The notes under the pieces were generated by a model. It was not told the origin of the DNA, made no database searches, and was given only the letters and a program-made list of their open reading frames with translations. Both the position numbers and the translations under genes were made by a program. Shown here one piece after another: positions 18,407-26,407 of a stretch of DNA of 29,488 nucleotides. The number at the start of each line of letters is the position of its first letter. Positions within the stretch are counted from its first letter, which is position 1. Source of the stretch: a virus (lineage: Duplodnaviria; Caudoviricetes); the IMG/VR virus record IMGVR_UViG_3300042199_000081, positions 1-29,488 of that record; one strand, given 5' to 3'.

Positions 18407-19473
18407 GTTGCCGCTATCTCAACTAGCGTGATTGATGAACGACTACCGCCAGTATTGACTTCTCCAAGATTCGCAATGCTGCATTGTGCTTGAACTTGGA
18501 AAGTGTGCAGGGCAAGAGATTGCGCTGTCGATTCTGCCAACACGGTTGCAACAGATTTCACCACGTTGGTTCCCGTTGCTTGCGTAACCAAACGCGCAAC
18601 TGCGGTCGCGGTGTTTACGGTTGCAGCATTCGGAGTAGTGCGCTGGACCCTGAGATCAAGCGAGGGATTTTGTCCAACAGTTGTTTGCGTAACGGTTGTA
18701 GAAACTGACAAAATCACCATGATCTTGTTCGTTGCGCGAGTTGGAGTGATGCTTGCCGACAAGCCCGTCAAATTTGTCCAAGTAAGTGCGGACGTAAGCG
18801 TAGTTTGAGCGCTGGATTCAACGTGAACGACCTGCACTACACAACCCAATGACATCGAAAGCGCAGGAAGAGGATTCGTTGATTTGAATGTGCCTTGAAC
18901 ATCAATCTCGCCCACGCAAGCAATGTCGCCCGTCACGGTCAGGTCGTTATCGACGGTTGCGTTCCGCTTCACCGTGATGTCTCGGACTGCTGCATTGACA
19001 CCCTCGGTCGCGCTGATTCCCCAGTTCGACTGCGGACTCCACGCATCCCAGTTCGTTCCGTCGTAGGTCCTGCTCCACGACTTCGGTGGAATCGATGCGC
19101 CCGAGTCTCCGTCGGTCCACAACTGCTGGACCACGACGTTCCCGACCCTTGCGACCATCATCGTCGCGCCGACATCCGCAGCCTTGATGTCCATCGGAGC
19201 CGCTGGACCATTGGTGATCGAAGCAGGAGTCGAGAACCTGTACATGCCCATCACTCGGTTCGACGAATCGTTCAGGTCGGTGCTGAACGGAGAAGAAAAG
19301 TACGGGAGCGTCCCGCCCAGCCAAGGAAGCGTGTTCCACGGGTTGGTGTTGTCTCCCGCCTTCAACTGGTTCAGGGTCGTGTCGAGACCCAACTCGCCAG
19401 AAGCGAGCGTGGGGGGAGTGCCAGCATTCCAGTTGGCGGACGTGTCGCGACGTACCTGAATCTTCGCGGTCAT
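18403..19473 (-). CDS. Tail fibre / receptor-binding protein: Mtd_N-like N-terminus, knob-like middle, beta-rich C-terminus (356 aa)
   Basis: KIQVRRDTSANW...LASGELGLDT...LKAGD...WNTLPW matches the major-tropism-determinant N-terminal anchor. DLN...GMY...NGP...QQL...RT..G..W..WS resembles a knob domain. G.VVQVV...LSASITP...NKI...SITLVEIA is a common fibre C-terminus. Confidence 0.8.
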   Translation of the reverse strand: MTAKIQVRRDTSANWNAGTPPTLASGELGLDTTLNQLKAGDNTNPWNTLPWLGGTLPYFSSPFSTDLNDSSNRVMGMYRFSTPASITNGPAAPMDIKAADVGATMMVARVGNVVVQQLWTDGDSGASIPPKSWSRTYDGTNWDAWSPQSNWGISATEGVNAAVRDITVKRNATVDNDLTVTGDIACVGEIDVQGTFKSTNPLPALSMSLGCVVQVVHVESSAQTTLTSALTWTNLTGLSASITPTRATNKIMVILSVSTTVTQTTVGQNPSLDLRVQRTTPNAATVNTATAVARLVTQATGTNVVKSVATVLAESTAQSLALHTFQVQAQCSIANLGEVNTGGSRSSITLVEIAAT

Positions 19474-19700
19474 GGCCGTTCATCCTCGACGAAACTCGGC
19501 GGAACGCAGTACCACCCCTCCGGGACCTCGACGCGGTTCTGGGACAGGACCCACTCTCCATCGACCAGAGCGTAGACGCGGGCCTCAGTCTTTGGACCGA
19601 TCCTGATCGGGCTCCCCTCGCCCACCAGCACCGTTCGACTGCATCCACTCGCGGATGCGAGAACCAGCGCGGCGAAGACGACCGTGATCCACGTCAGCAT
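19470..19700 (-). CDS. Putative lipoprotein, o-spanin (Rz1)-like (76 aa)
   Basis: Signal peptide MLTWITVVFAALVLASASG-C with a lipobox-like Cys and a short Pro-containing mature part. Overlaps 19585-19785 in another frame. Stop is coupled to the fibre ATG. Confidence 0.6.
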   Translation of the reverse strand: MLTWITVVFAALVLASASGCSRTVLVGEGSPIRIGPKTEARVYALVDGEWVLSQNRVEVPEGWYCVPPSFVEDERP

Positions 19701-19785
19701 CCACGGCCCGATCCTGCTTGCCGACGCGGCTTTCAAGCCAGTCGAGAAGACGGATCGCCAGTTCGGAAATGAATCTCGCGAGCAT
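19585..19785 (-). CDS. Small membrane-associated protein, possible i-spanin (Rz)-like (66 aa)
   Basis: Amphipathic N-terminus MLARFISELAIRLLDWL. Lies directly after the holin-like gene and overlaps the lipoprotein gene, as in Rz/Rz1 pairs. Confidence 0.45.
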   Translation of the reverse strand: MLARFISELAIRLLDWLESRVGKQDRAVDADVDHGRLRRAGSRIREWMQSNGAGGRGEPDQDRSKD

Positions 19786-19789
19786 CGGA

Positions 19790-19990
19790 TCACTTTGCCC
19801 CCGCGTCTTCGCTGGTCACGTCGTTGTCGCGAGCCGCGAGAAGTCCGACGCCAGCGATGATCGCCGCGATCAGAGCGGAGTAGTCGGGCTCCGTCGCGGG
19901 ATTGCCGTCGAACAGCGCCTGAAGGATAGAGCCGAGCGCCACGAGGATCGCTCCGATGCCAGCCGTCGTCGTCTTCCAAGACTTCTTCAT
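19790..19990 (-). CDS. Holin-like two-TM membrane protein (66 aa)
   Basis: MKKSWKTTTAGIGAILVALG...YSALIAAIIAGVGLLAARD: two hydrophobic helices, a basic N-terminus and a charged tail. Confidence 0.65.
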   Translation of the reverse strand: MKKSWKTTTAGIGAILVALGSILQALFDGNPATEPDYSALIAAIIAGVGLLAARDNDVTSEDAGAK

Positions 19991-20190
19991 TGTCCGTCTC
20001 CTTTGATGTGGCGCTCAAGGCGCTCGATGCGGTTCTCAAGCCTGTTGATGCGGTCCGAGTGGTCGGTGAGGCGAGTCAGGGCCACCTCGATCTTGGTCGT
20101 GATTCTGGCGAGGCTCGTGTGCAGCCACGCGCTCGCCACGAGGATCGGAGCGATCGGGGAAAGCACCATCATCAACTGCTCGAAACTCAT
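19987..20190 (-). CDS. Small single-TM + coiled-coil protein, lysis-associated (67 aa)
   Basis: N-terminal hydrophobic helix then RINRLENRIERLERH heptads. AGGAG RBS upstream; ATGA overlap with the holin-like gene. Confidence 0.55.
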   Translation of the reverse strand: MSFEQLMMVLSPIAPILVASAWLHTSLARITTKIEVALTRLTDHSDRINRLENRIERLERHIKGDGQ

Positions 20191-20205
20191 CCGACGTCTC
20201 CTGAA

Positions 20206-20979
20206 TCATGATGGGTCAGAAACAAACCCGCGCCTGTAGTGGAGCGGGTCGCGGACCATCGGTCCTCGCGCCGCAGGCAGGCGACCGAGGTCGCGCTGCT
20301 GGATTCCGTCCTTGATCGCGCAGGCGTTCGCGACAGGGCCGTTGTCGATCTCAAGGAGCCGTGCGGTAAGGCCCTCGTCCTCGTAGGCCACCGCGAACGC
20401 TCGGCAGTATGCGATGAGCAGGGACTCGGCGTAGGGCGGCACGGCGATCTGGTACGTGTCTGGGGTGACCGCGTTGGCTTCGCCAGAAAGAGGCTCCCAC
20501 GCGGCCCTGTAGCGGATGATCAGGGCGTCGTTGGTGGTGACCGAAGGCTCTGGGTAGAGTTCGAGCCTGACCGCTGGCATACCAGTACCAGCGACGAGCG
20601 GAGAACCGTTCGACTGAGCCCACGGGCGCGAGAGCGCGGCGTAGTAGGTGCTGTCGGTGAACGACATCTCGACCGACGTCCGCATCAGTTCCATGTGTTC
20701 GGGGGACGTCAGTTCGACGCGCCACCCGAGACCGCCCTTGCACACCAGCGAGACGATCTCCTCGACGTTGTCGGGAAGAGGAGCCCAGTCCTGACCAGCG
20801 GTCAGGGAGACGGGACGGGCCGTCCGCTCTCGGAAGCGCCATTGCTTCGAGAACATGTACTGGCCCGCCTGATTCGCGATCTCGGCGATCCGCTGTTCGC
20901 GAGAGACACCGCTGACGATCGACGGTTGCCCGCCGAGCGCAAGGATGATGTGCTGCTTGAGTCCACCGTAGGTGAGCAT
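20206..20979 (-). CDS. Head-tail adaptor / tail tubular protein A-like (257 aa)
   Basis: I..IANQA...W.F...LTAGQ...LPD and LELYPEP...LIIRY motifs resemble podoviral adaptors. Located after the capsid and cement genes. Confidence 0.7.
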   Translation of the reverse strand: MLTYGGLKQHIILALGGQPSIVSGVSREQRIAEIANQAGQYMFSKQWRFRERTARPVSLTAGQDWAPLPDNVEEIVSLVCKGGLGWRVELTSPEHMELMRTSVEMSFTDSTYYAALSRPWAQSNGSPLVAGTGMPAVRLELYPEPSVTTNDALIIRYRAAWEPLSGEANAVTPDTYQIAVPPYAESLLIAYCRAFAVAYEDEGLTARLLEIDNGPVANACAIKDGIQQRDLGRLPAARGPMVRDPLHYRRGFVSDPS

Positions 20980-20982
20980 AAG

Positions 20983-21012
20983 CACGGCAGCGCGGTTTCC
21001 CGCGCTGCCGTG
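20983..21012 (-). promoter_or_regulatory. Strong RNA hairpin after the capsid/cement genes (terminator, attenuator or stabiliser)
   Basis: On the - strand, CACGGCAGCGCGG-GAAA-CCGCGCTGCCGTG is a 13-bp perfect stem with a GNRA tetraloop. Only CTT follows before the adaptor ATG; there is no long U tract. Confidence 0.75.
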
Positions 21013-21026
21013 GATGGGTTTTCAGA

Positions 21027-21512
21027 TCACGCGCCCTGAGAGCCGAAGTTCCAGCCGTTGAACAGAACACGGATGGTTGCAGCACCAGAAGCGTTGGTTG
21101 CAAGCGCAAGTGCGACGCCAGTTCCGACCAGCGTAAAGGCAGGCACGAGGATGCCAGCACCCGGGGTCAACACCGTAGTGCCGATGGTTGTGGCTCCGCT
21201 GATCTTGGCCGAGACCAGTCCAGCGACACAAACTTCGCAACGCTGACCAGCGGCGGCAGCCTGAGTGACGACTCCGTATACGCCGCCCTCTCCGAGAGCA
21301 GCAGTTGCAAGAACGACGACGTTGAACGGATTCTTCTTGTTGTCGAAGTCGTCGAACGTAGCCGTGTCGGTGTAGGTGGTGTTCGATCCAGAAAGATCGA
21401 ACATGACGATGTCGCCAACGGTAACGGCGACACCTGCGATCGGCTTGACGCTGACCTGCTGCGGGGTGAGCGCACCGAGGTTGCCAAGCGGGGTGATGAT
21501 TCCTGCGATCAT
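21027..21512 (-). CDS. Capsid cement/decoration protein-like (161 aa)
   Basis: Small Ala/Gly/Thr/Val-rich beta protein (AVTVGDIV, GVVTQAAAAG, V.VAG) directly after the capsid gene, with AAGGAG RBS. Confidence 0.65.
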   Translation of the reverse strand: MIAGIITPLGNLGALTPQQVSVKPIAGVAVTVGDIVMFDLSGSNTTYTDTATFDDFDNKKNPFNVVVLATAALGEGGVYGVVTQAAAAGQRCEVCVAGLVSAKISGATTIGTTVLTPGAGILVPAFTLVGTGVALALATNASGAATIRVLFNGWNFGSQGA

Positions 21513-21540
21513 GTGAGTTTCTCCTTGGGCAGCGCCCAGA

Positions 21541-22902
21541 TCAGACGGCGGTCATGTTGATGGGAGCGACGATGCCGTGGCGCTGCCGAGAGTTGCAGAA
21601 CAGGTTCCACCAGCAGTCCACGGGCATCACCTTGGTGAACGGCTGGTTCGGGTGAGTCATCACGTCGTGGGTCTGGAAGTACCGAGTCGAGTGGAAGATC
21701 GGCGTCAGGTAGTTGCCGTTCACGAAGTAGTAGCGAGGTGCTCGAACGATGGTGTTGGCTCCGAGTTCGGTTCCGAACGCGGAGAAAGCGCCATTCGCAG
21801 CGGTAACCGAGTTGATTCCCGCCGATGTTCCGATGCCCTGCGTGACCGCCGTGCTGTTGGCGGGGAAGATCGCCGCAGAGTCGAGGTCCGAGCAGTAGGT
21901 GACGTCGATGCCAGCGTACTGCGGGCTGGAGTACGACGGGTCCTGATACGACACAAGAGTGTCGTTCGAGAGACGGAGCGCGTTGCGGTACTGCTGGACG
22001 CCGAGCCGACTCGTCAGGATCATCTGACGGTTGAGCGCGTCGTTCTCGAAGTACTGCTGTCGGCTGGATGGAGCCTCGTACTTGAGGCGCATGAACATGA
22101 CGTCCATTGCGTTGAAGATGTTGCCGACGGAGTGGGTCGTGTTGACGGCTCCAGCAGGACCCTGCTGCGAGTAGACGGTGTTGTTCACGAGAGAAGCCGT
22201 GAACACGTCATCCCACTCGGCGCCGAGCGGCGTGAGGGCTGATGTCTGGCAGTTGTAGAGTTCGACGTGGTTGGTCCAGCGAGGCTCTCCTGCCGTCAGG
22301 GACGGATTCAGGCGCATCACGGTGTTGCCCGTGTTGGCCGCTGCGGTGTACGGGAACGTTCCACGGCGACCAATAGCCTCGCTGAACGAGGCCAGTTCGG
22401 TGATGAAGAACGGCAGCGAGTAGGCGAGACGCCCGCCGTCGGCCTCCATCTGGGCCTGACTCGGTGGAGCCCAGAGGCTCTCCTCGAAGCCGTTGAACAT
22501 CGAGGTCCACATCCGCTGCTCCTTGATCCGCTTCAGGCGCTTGTACATCACCTTGGTGGACGCAGCGTTCTCGCTGGTGTTCAACTGGACCTCGTGGTCG
22601 GTCCACGACATGTGGTCGATCGAGAACCGCCACGGCGCTCGGACGTAGTCGGTGACCTGCGGGTTCGACCACGTGAACGTGTCGTTGGGCTGGTAGAAGC
22701 CGAAGGTGCGGGCGTCATCGAACATGATGACGTCGCGGATTTCGGTTCCACCCTGAATGACGGTTTCCTTGGCCTTGTTCTTCAGCAGGCGGCTGAAAGC
22801 ATAGGTGGTCTTGACTGCCTCGTTGATGACCGCGTCCGCGCCCTTGAGGTACGACGGGCCAGTCGAGGTCATGAAGTCGTTGAAGGTGTTGATTGCGGGC
22901 AT
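21541..22902 (-). CDS. Major capsid protein (453 aa)
   Basis: Position after portal and scaffold, strong GGAGG RBS and size. GG.EI...I early motif, YAGIDV..CSD and YYFVNG.YL...H late motifs, and a C..RQRHG.V terminus fit HK97-fold capsids. Confidence 0.82.
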   Translation of the reverse strand: MPAINTFNDFMTSTGPSYLKGADAVINEAVKTTYAFSRLLKNKAKETVIQGGTEIRDVIMFDDARTFGFYQPNDTFTWSNPQVTDYVRAPWRFSIDHMSWTDHEVQLNTSENAASTKVMYKRLKRIKEQRMWTSMFNGFEESLWAPPSQAQMEADGGRLAYSLPFFITELASFSEAIGRRGTFPYTAAANTGNTVMRLNPSLTAGEPRWTNHVELYNCQTSALTPLGAEWDDVFTASLVNNTVYSQQGPAGAVNTTHSVGNIFNAMDVMFMRLKYEAPSSRQQYFENDALNRQMILTSRLGVQQYRNALRLSNDTLVSYQDPSYSSPQYAGIDVTYCSDLDSAAIFPANSTAVTQGIGTSAGINSVTAANGAFSAFGTELGANTIVRAPRYYFVNGNYLTPIFHSTRYFQTHDVMTHPNQPFTKVMPVDCWWNLFCNSRQRHGIVAPINMTAV

Positions 22903-22915
22903 TTCGCCCTCCTAT

Positions 22916-23788
22916 TCATCGTGTGATCGCCTTGATCGCGTCGGCACGCGAACCACCAGAAAGCAGGATGTCGAGAGCGAGGTCTTCCTTGTCGATCTCG
23001 CGGATCGTCCGGGCGGGAGGCTTGCCGACGCTCGGGCGTGCGATGTTTCGCGGGTCGATCTTCCTTGGCTCTCCTGCCGTCTGTCGGAACGCTTCCCTGA
23101 CGATGTCGGCGACGGAGTTGAACTTCGCTGGGTTCTCGCGACCCAGTTTCGCGGCGGCATCTGCGATCTCGTCGAACGAAGGGGCGGATTCCCCGTACTC
23201 CGACGCGAGACGTTCGTATGCGCTACGTGTCTCGTACCGAACCTCAAGGACGCGGGTCTTCTCGTCGAAGTCGGCCTTGAGGCGCTCGGTGATCTGGCGC
23301 AGGGGCTTGGTGGCCTCGTCTCCGAAGATCGAACCGAACTCGGACAGCGGGTCTGCCTCGGCCTCTCCGTCGCCCGTGGCGACGGATGACTCTGGCTTTC
23401 CCGCTGTCTTGTTTCCTTCGTCCTTCCTCGACGCGGCCTTGGCCCCGAACGCATCCACGTCCGCCTGACGCTTCGCTGCCTTGAGCCCCCACTCCTTCAA
23501 CTTGGAAGGGTCGGACTTCGCGGCCTCGATCACGTCTGGGGGTACGCCGTCGCGCTGCAATGCCTTCAGCGCCCGATCGATGTCGGGATCATTCGCTGGA
23601 GCAGACGCTTCCTGCGTGCGAGTCTCCTGCCGTGGAGCGGGAGCGTCGATGCCGAGCAGCCTGTCCAGAACTTCGTCCATGTCTGCGGAGTTGTCCTCGC
23701 CATCGAATGGGGAGGCTTCCACAGGCACGGCCTCGTTCTCTGGAACGACGGCGTCGGGGGTCTCGGATTGTGCTTCGGGTTCTGGCAT
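22916..23788 (-). CDS. Putative capsid scaffolding protein (290 aa)
   Basis: Acidic, Pro/Glu-rich N-terminus with a helical body. Lies directly before the capsid gene; TGATG-coupled. Confidence 0.65.
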   Translation of the reverse strand: MPEPEAQSETPDAVVPENEAVPVEASPFDGEDNSADMDEVLDRLLGIDAPAPRQETRTQEASAPANDPDIDRALKALQRDGVPPDVIEAAKSDPSKLKEWGLKAAKRQADVDAFGAKAASRKDEGNKTAGKPESSVATGDGEAEADPLSEFGSIFGDEATKPLRQITERLKADFDEKTRVLEVRYETRSAYERLASEYGESAPSFDEIADAAAKLGRENPAKFNSVADIVREAFRQTAGEPRKIDPRNIARPSVGKPPARTIREIDKEDLALDILLSGGSRADAIKAITR

Positions 23789-24078
23789 CAGTCCTTCTCG
23801 AATCCGTGACGTGCCATGATCTCGCGTTCATGGCGCTTCGACATGACGATCGGCTTCCCCTTCTTGTCGGTCCTGCATCCCTCAAGCCTGCGCGGAAGTG
23901 CCGTGCTGACATAGGGATACTGAGACCGATTCGTGGCTGGATCGACCTGCACGAGGCTTGCGATCCTGCGGAGACTCCGACCGTCGTGGGTGATAATACT
24001 GCCGATCGGAGGAGCCTCGCGCATCGGCAGGTTGATTTCGACAAGATTTCCGTATTCGTCCTCGAACTCGTACTTCAT
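23788..24078 (-). CDS. Small protein after portal, FmdB-like N-terminus without the Cys pairs (96 aa)
   Basis: MKYEFEDEYGNLVEINLPMREAP...GRSLRRI resembles the MP.YEY.C..CG..FE pattern of FmdB-like phage proteins. Starts 2 nt after the portal stop. Confidence 0.55.
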   Translation of the reverse strand: MKYEFEDEYGNLVEINLPMREAPPIGSIITHDGRSLRRIASLVQVDPATNRSQYPYVSTALPRRLEGCRTDKKGKPIVMSKRHEREIMARHGFEKD

Positions 24079-24080
24079 GG

Positions 24081-25871
24081 TCAGGTCCTGTTGGCTGCGC
24101 CCCTGATGCTGGCAAGGCTCGACGCCGGGATCGGGTTTGGCTCGCCCATCGCGTTCCGAGGCTGCTGCTGGCCCTGAACCCCCTGCGGGGCCTGAGCGGC
24201 TGCTGCGGCCTGAGCCTGCTGCTGCATGGCCTGCTGCATCCCCTGCTGGTCGATCATGTCGGCGAGGTTCGGGATGTTGAGTGAGTCGCCGACCGTGGAC
24301 AGGATTTCGTTCCACCTGATGAACGGCATCGCCATCATGCCCTGAGCCACAGAGGTCGTGATCTGGAGGAGTTCCATCGCCCGCTTCTGAACGAGCGCCT
24401 CGCTCACGCGCTCCATGCTGTAGGCGTCCACCGACACCTCAAGGTCCTCCCAGCCTCCAGACTGGACACCGCCTTGGAACACGGGGTTTGCCTCAAGGAG
24501 AGCCTGAACGCCGTCCTTGCCGAGCGGGAACACGATTCGGTCGTCGTGCCACATGAACCAGAGGACGGACTTGGCGAGGTCGTCAACGGCGTCCTGAAAC
24601 TGGCGCTTGAGGTGGGCCATCCGCATGGTGGCGCTCGACTCGGCGACGGCGACCTCGGTCGCGGTTGCGCTTCCCGTGATGTTTCCGCGCATCGCGTCGT
24701 GGATGCCCGACACGCGGTCGAGCCTGTCCTGAGCGATCTGGGAGTACTGGACCTGCTGCTGGGTGATGCCGCCGACCTCAAGGTTCAGGACCTTGTCCTT
24801 GTCGAGGCTCTCGGACAGGACGATGTAGTCGTGGGGCTTGTCCTTGAGGTCCTGAGCCAGTTTCGCGTTCCGTGCGTCCACGAGGATCAGGCGCTTGTAC
24901 GCAGCCGCGCTCGAACGGACGCTCGTCAGGTGGGCGTTGAGGTCCTCGATCTGGGACTGGATCGCCATCATCGGAGACAGCGGGTACGGGTCGTCGGGGA
25001 CCGTGTAGACGCCGAAGACCGTGTACGGGCCAGTCCTAGGACCGAAGTACGGGATCGGCTTCCTGACGAACCCTTCCCATCGGCTTCCCTTCGGACCGAC
25101 CGACTTGACCAGCGTGTAGATCGTGCCGTTGACCATGTTCTGGCCGAACGCCTTGTCGATGAGTTCTGCGGTCTCCTGATCGACCTCCGGGACCCAGACC
25201 TCGTAGACCACGATCTCGTTCCGATCCTCGACCTCCCTGCCTTGGTCGTCCCGCACCATCTCGATGTCGGTGCTTGCCGCGATCTCCCGGATCGCAACCT
25301 TGTCCCAAGTCGGGTCGTCTTCGGACCTCCGAATCAGTTCGTCCTTGTCCACCGCGTAGCAATGGCCCATGTAGCGGGCGTCCTCTGCGTTGGTGGCCGC
25401 TGGGTCGATGAAGAATCGGTCCGGGCTCAGGCGGTAGACGCGGGGCAGGTAGGGACCCTTGCCGTCGATGACGCGGGCCTCTGGACGGGGCTCGCTGACG
25501 GTCAGCGCGACTCCGTACGAGAACAGCATGTCGGTCGCGATCCGCTCAAGCGTCCGTCGGAGTTTGGTGATGCGCGACCATCGGTTGACGGCCACCTGCA
25601 TCCTTCTTCCAAGCACCATGTCGAGGACGGCGTCGGCGAGCCGAACCCTGAACTTCGGGACGTCGTGGATGATGCGTGGAAGTACCAGCGACACGTACTC
25701 GTGACCGAAGTTCTCGGGTGCATCGATGTCTGGATCACATCGATCGCTCCTGAAGGAGGGGCCGTGATACTTCTCCAGCATCGTGCGGAGTTCCGCCAGA
25801 TGCACGTCCCTGAACTTCTCGGCGCTCTCGATCTCGCGCCTGATCGCGTCGTACGTGTCGCCGATCGGCAT
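24081..25871 (-). CDS. Portal protein (596 aa)
   Basis: Size and position between terminase and scaffold. LSPDRFFIDP, VYEVW, RVSGIHDAMRG...ATATEV motifs and a Gln-rich C-terminal barrel fit P22-like portals. Confidence 0.88.
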   Translation of the reverse strand: MPIGDTYDAIRREIESAEKFRDVHLAELRTMLEKYHGPSFRSDRCDPDIDAPENFGHEYVSLVLPRIIHDVPKFRVRLADAVLDMVLGRRMQVAVNRWSRITKLRRTLERIATDMLFSYGVALTVSEPRPEARVIDGKGPYLPRVYRLSPDRFFIDPAATNAEDARYMGHCYAVDKDELIRRSEDDPTWDKVAIREIAASTDIEMVRDDQGREVEDRNEIVVYEVWVPEVDQETAELIDKAFGQNMVNGTIYTLVKSVGPKGSRWEGFVRKPIPYFGPRTGPYTVFGVYTVPDDPYPLSPMMAIQSQIEDLNAHLTSVRSSAAAYKRLILVDARNAKLAQDLKDKPHDYIVLSESLDKDKVLNLEVGGITQQQVQYSQIAQDRLDRVSGIHDAMRGNITGSATATEVAVAESSATMRMAHLKRQFQDAVDDLAKSVLWFMWHDDRIVFPLGKDGVQALLEANPVFQGGVQSGGWEDLEVSVDAYSMERVSEALVQKRAMELLQITTSVAQGMMAMPFIRWNEILSTVGDSLNIPNLADMIDQQGMQQAMQQQAQAAAAAQAPQGVQGQQQPRNAMGEPNPIPASSLASIRGAANRT

Positions 25872-25872
25872 G

Positions 25873-26001
25873 TCAGCGGCCCTTCTTCGGCTTGGCCTTC
25901 TTGCCGCCGCACTTGGCTCCTCCCTTGCCGCCGCCGTTGTGGCCGAGTCGGCTCATCGCGTGGCTTCCAGAGTCGCTCTTGTATCCGCTTCCGTACTTCA
26001 T
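25873..26001 (-). CDS. Tiny Gly/Lys-rich basic protein (42 aa)
   Basis: MKYGSGYKSDSGSHAMSRLGHNGGGKGGAKCGGKKAKPKKGR. Start overlaps the upstream stop (ATGA 25998-26001) and the gene ends 1 nt before the portal ATG. Confidence 0.55.
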   Translation of the reverse strand: MKYGSGYKSDSGSHAMSRLGHNGGGKGGAKCGGKKAKPKKGR

Positions 26002-26147
26002 CTGCTGCTCCTGCGCCTTACGCGCTTCTTTGGCGAAGCCTTCTTCGGCGACGCCTTGGTTTCCTTTGCCTCGTCTGCCCAACGTCGGGCGACCTCGGGC
26101 TCGTTGGACCACAGGTATCTCCGCTGTTTCTCGCTCTTGAAAGGCAT
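25998..26147 (-). CDS. Tiny basic phage protein, MPFKS.KQRR type (49 aa; absent from the ORF track)
   Basis: Read manually: MPFKSEKQRRYLWSNEPEVARRWADEAKETKASPKKASPKKRVRRRSSR. TGATG and ATGA overlaps at the two ends. The N-terminus resembles a recurrent phage microprotein family. Confidence 0.7.
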   Translation of the reverse strand: MPFKSEKQRRYLWSNEPEVARRWADEAKETKASPKKASPKKRVRRRSSR

Positions 26148-26407
26148 CAACTGGTCTCGTTTGGAAACAGGATCGGCTCTGGAAACTCGACCACGTCAAC
26201 GACTACCGCGTCGATCTGATGCTCGGGTTTCGTTGGAACTTCAAATGCCCACGATCCGGTCGTGGTCTGTCGAGGAATCGCCCATCGAATCATGGTTGTC
26301 CTTGCTTCGGCTTCATCCAGCAACGGGCATCCGATCAGAGCGGATACCTGTGACTCCGCTTGAATCGACATGGCCTCGGTATCGAATATGTACCATCGCT
26401 GCGCCAT
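26147..26407 (-). CDS. Hypothetical protein, possible chaperone/partner of the upstream lectin-like protein (86 aa)
   Basis: ATG directly follows the upstream TAG (TAGATG). Contains an RWAIP...TGSWAF motif. Confidence 0.55.
   Translation of the reverse strand: MAQRWYIFDTEAMSIQAESQVSALIGCPLLDEAEARTTMIRWAIPRQTTTGSWAFEVPTKPEHQIDAVVVDVVEFPEPILFPNETS

Noticed and set aside
18403-19473. Diversity-generating retroelement suggested by the Mtd_N-like domain
   Set aside because: Only the N-terminal anchor resembles Mtd. I see no reverse transcriptase, no Avd, no C-type lectin variable region and no TR/VR repeat pair in the window.
21513-21543. Stop read-through fusing capsid to cement protein
   Set aside because: The 28-nt gap is out of frame, no slippery site is evident, and the cement gene has its own AAGGAG RBS.
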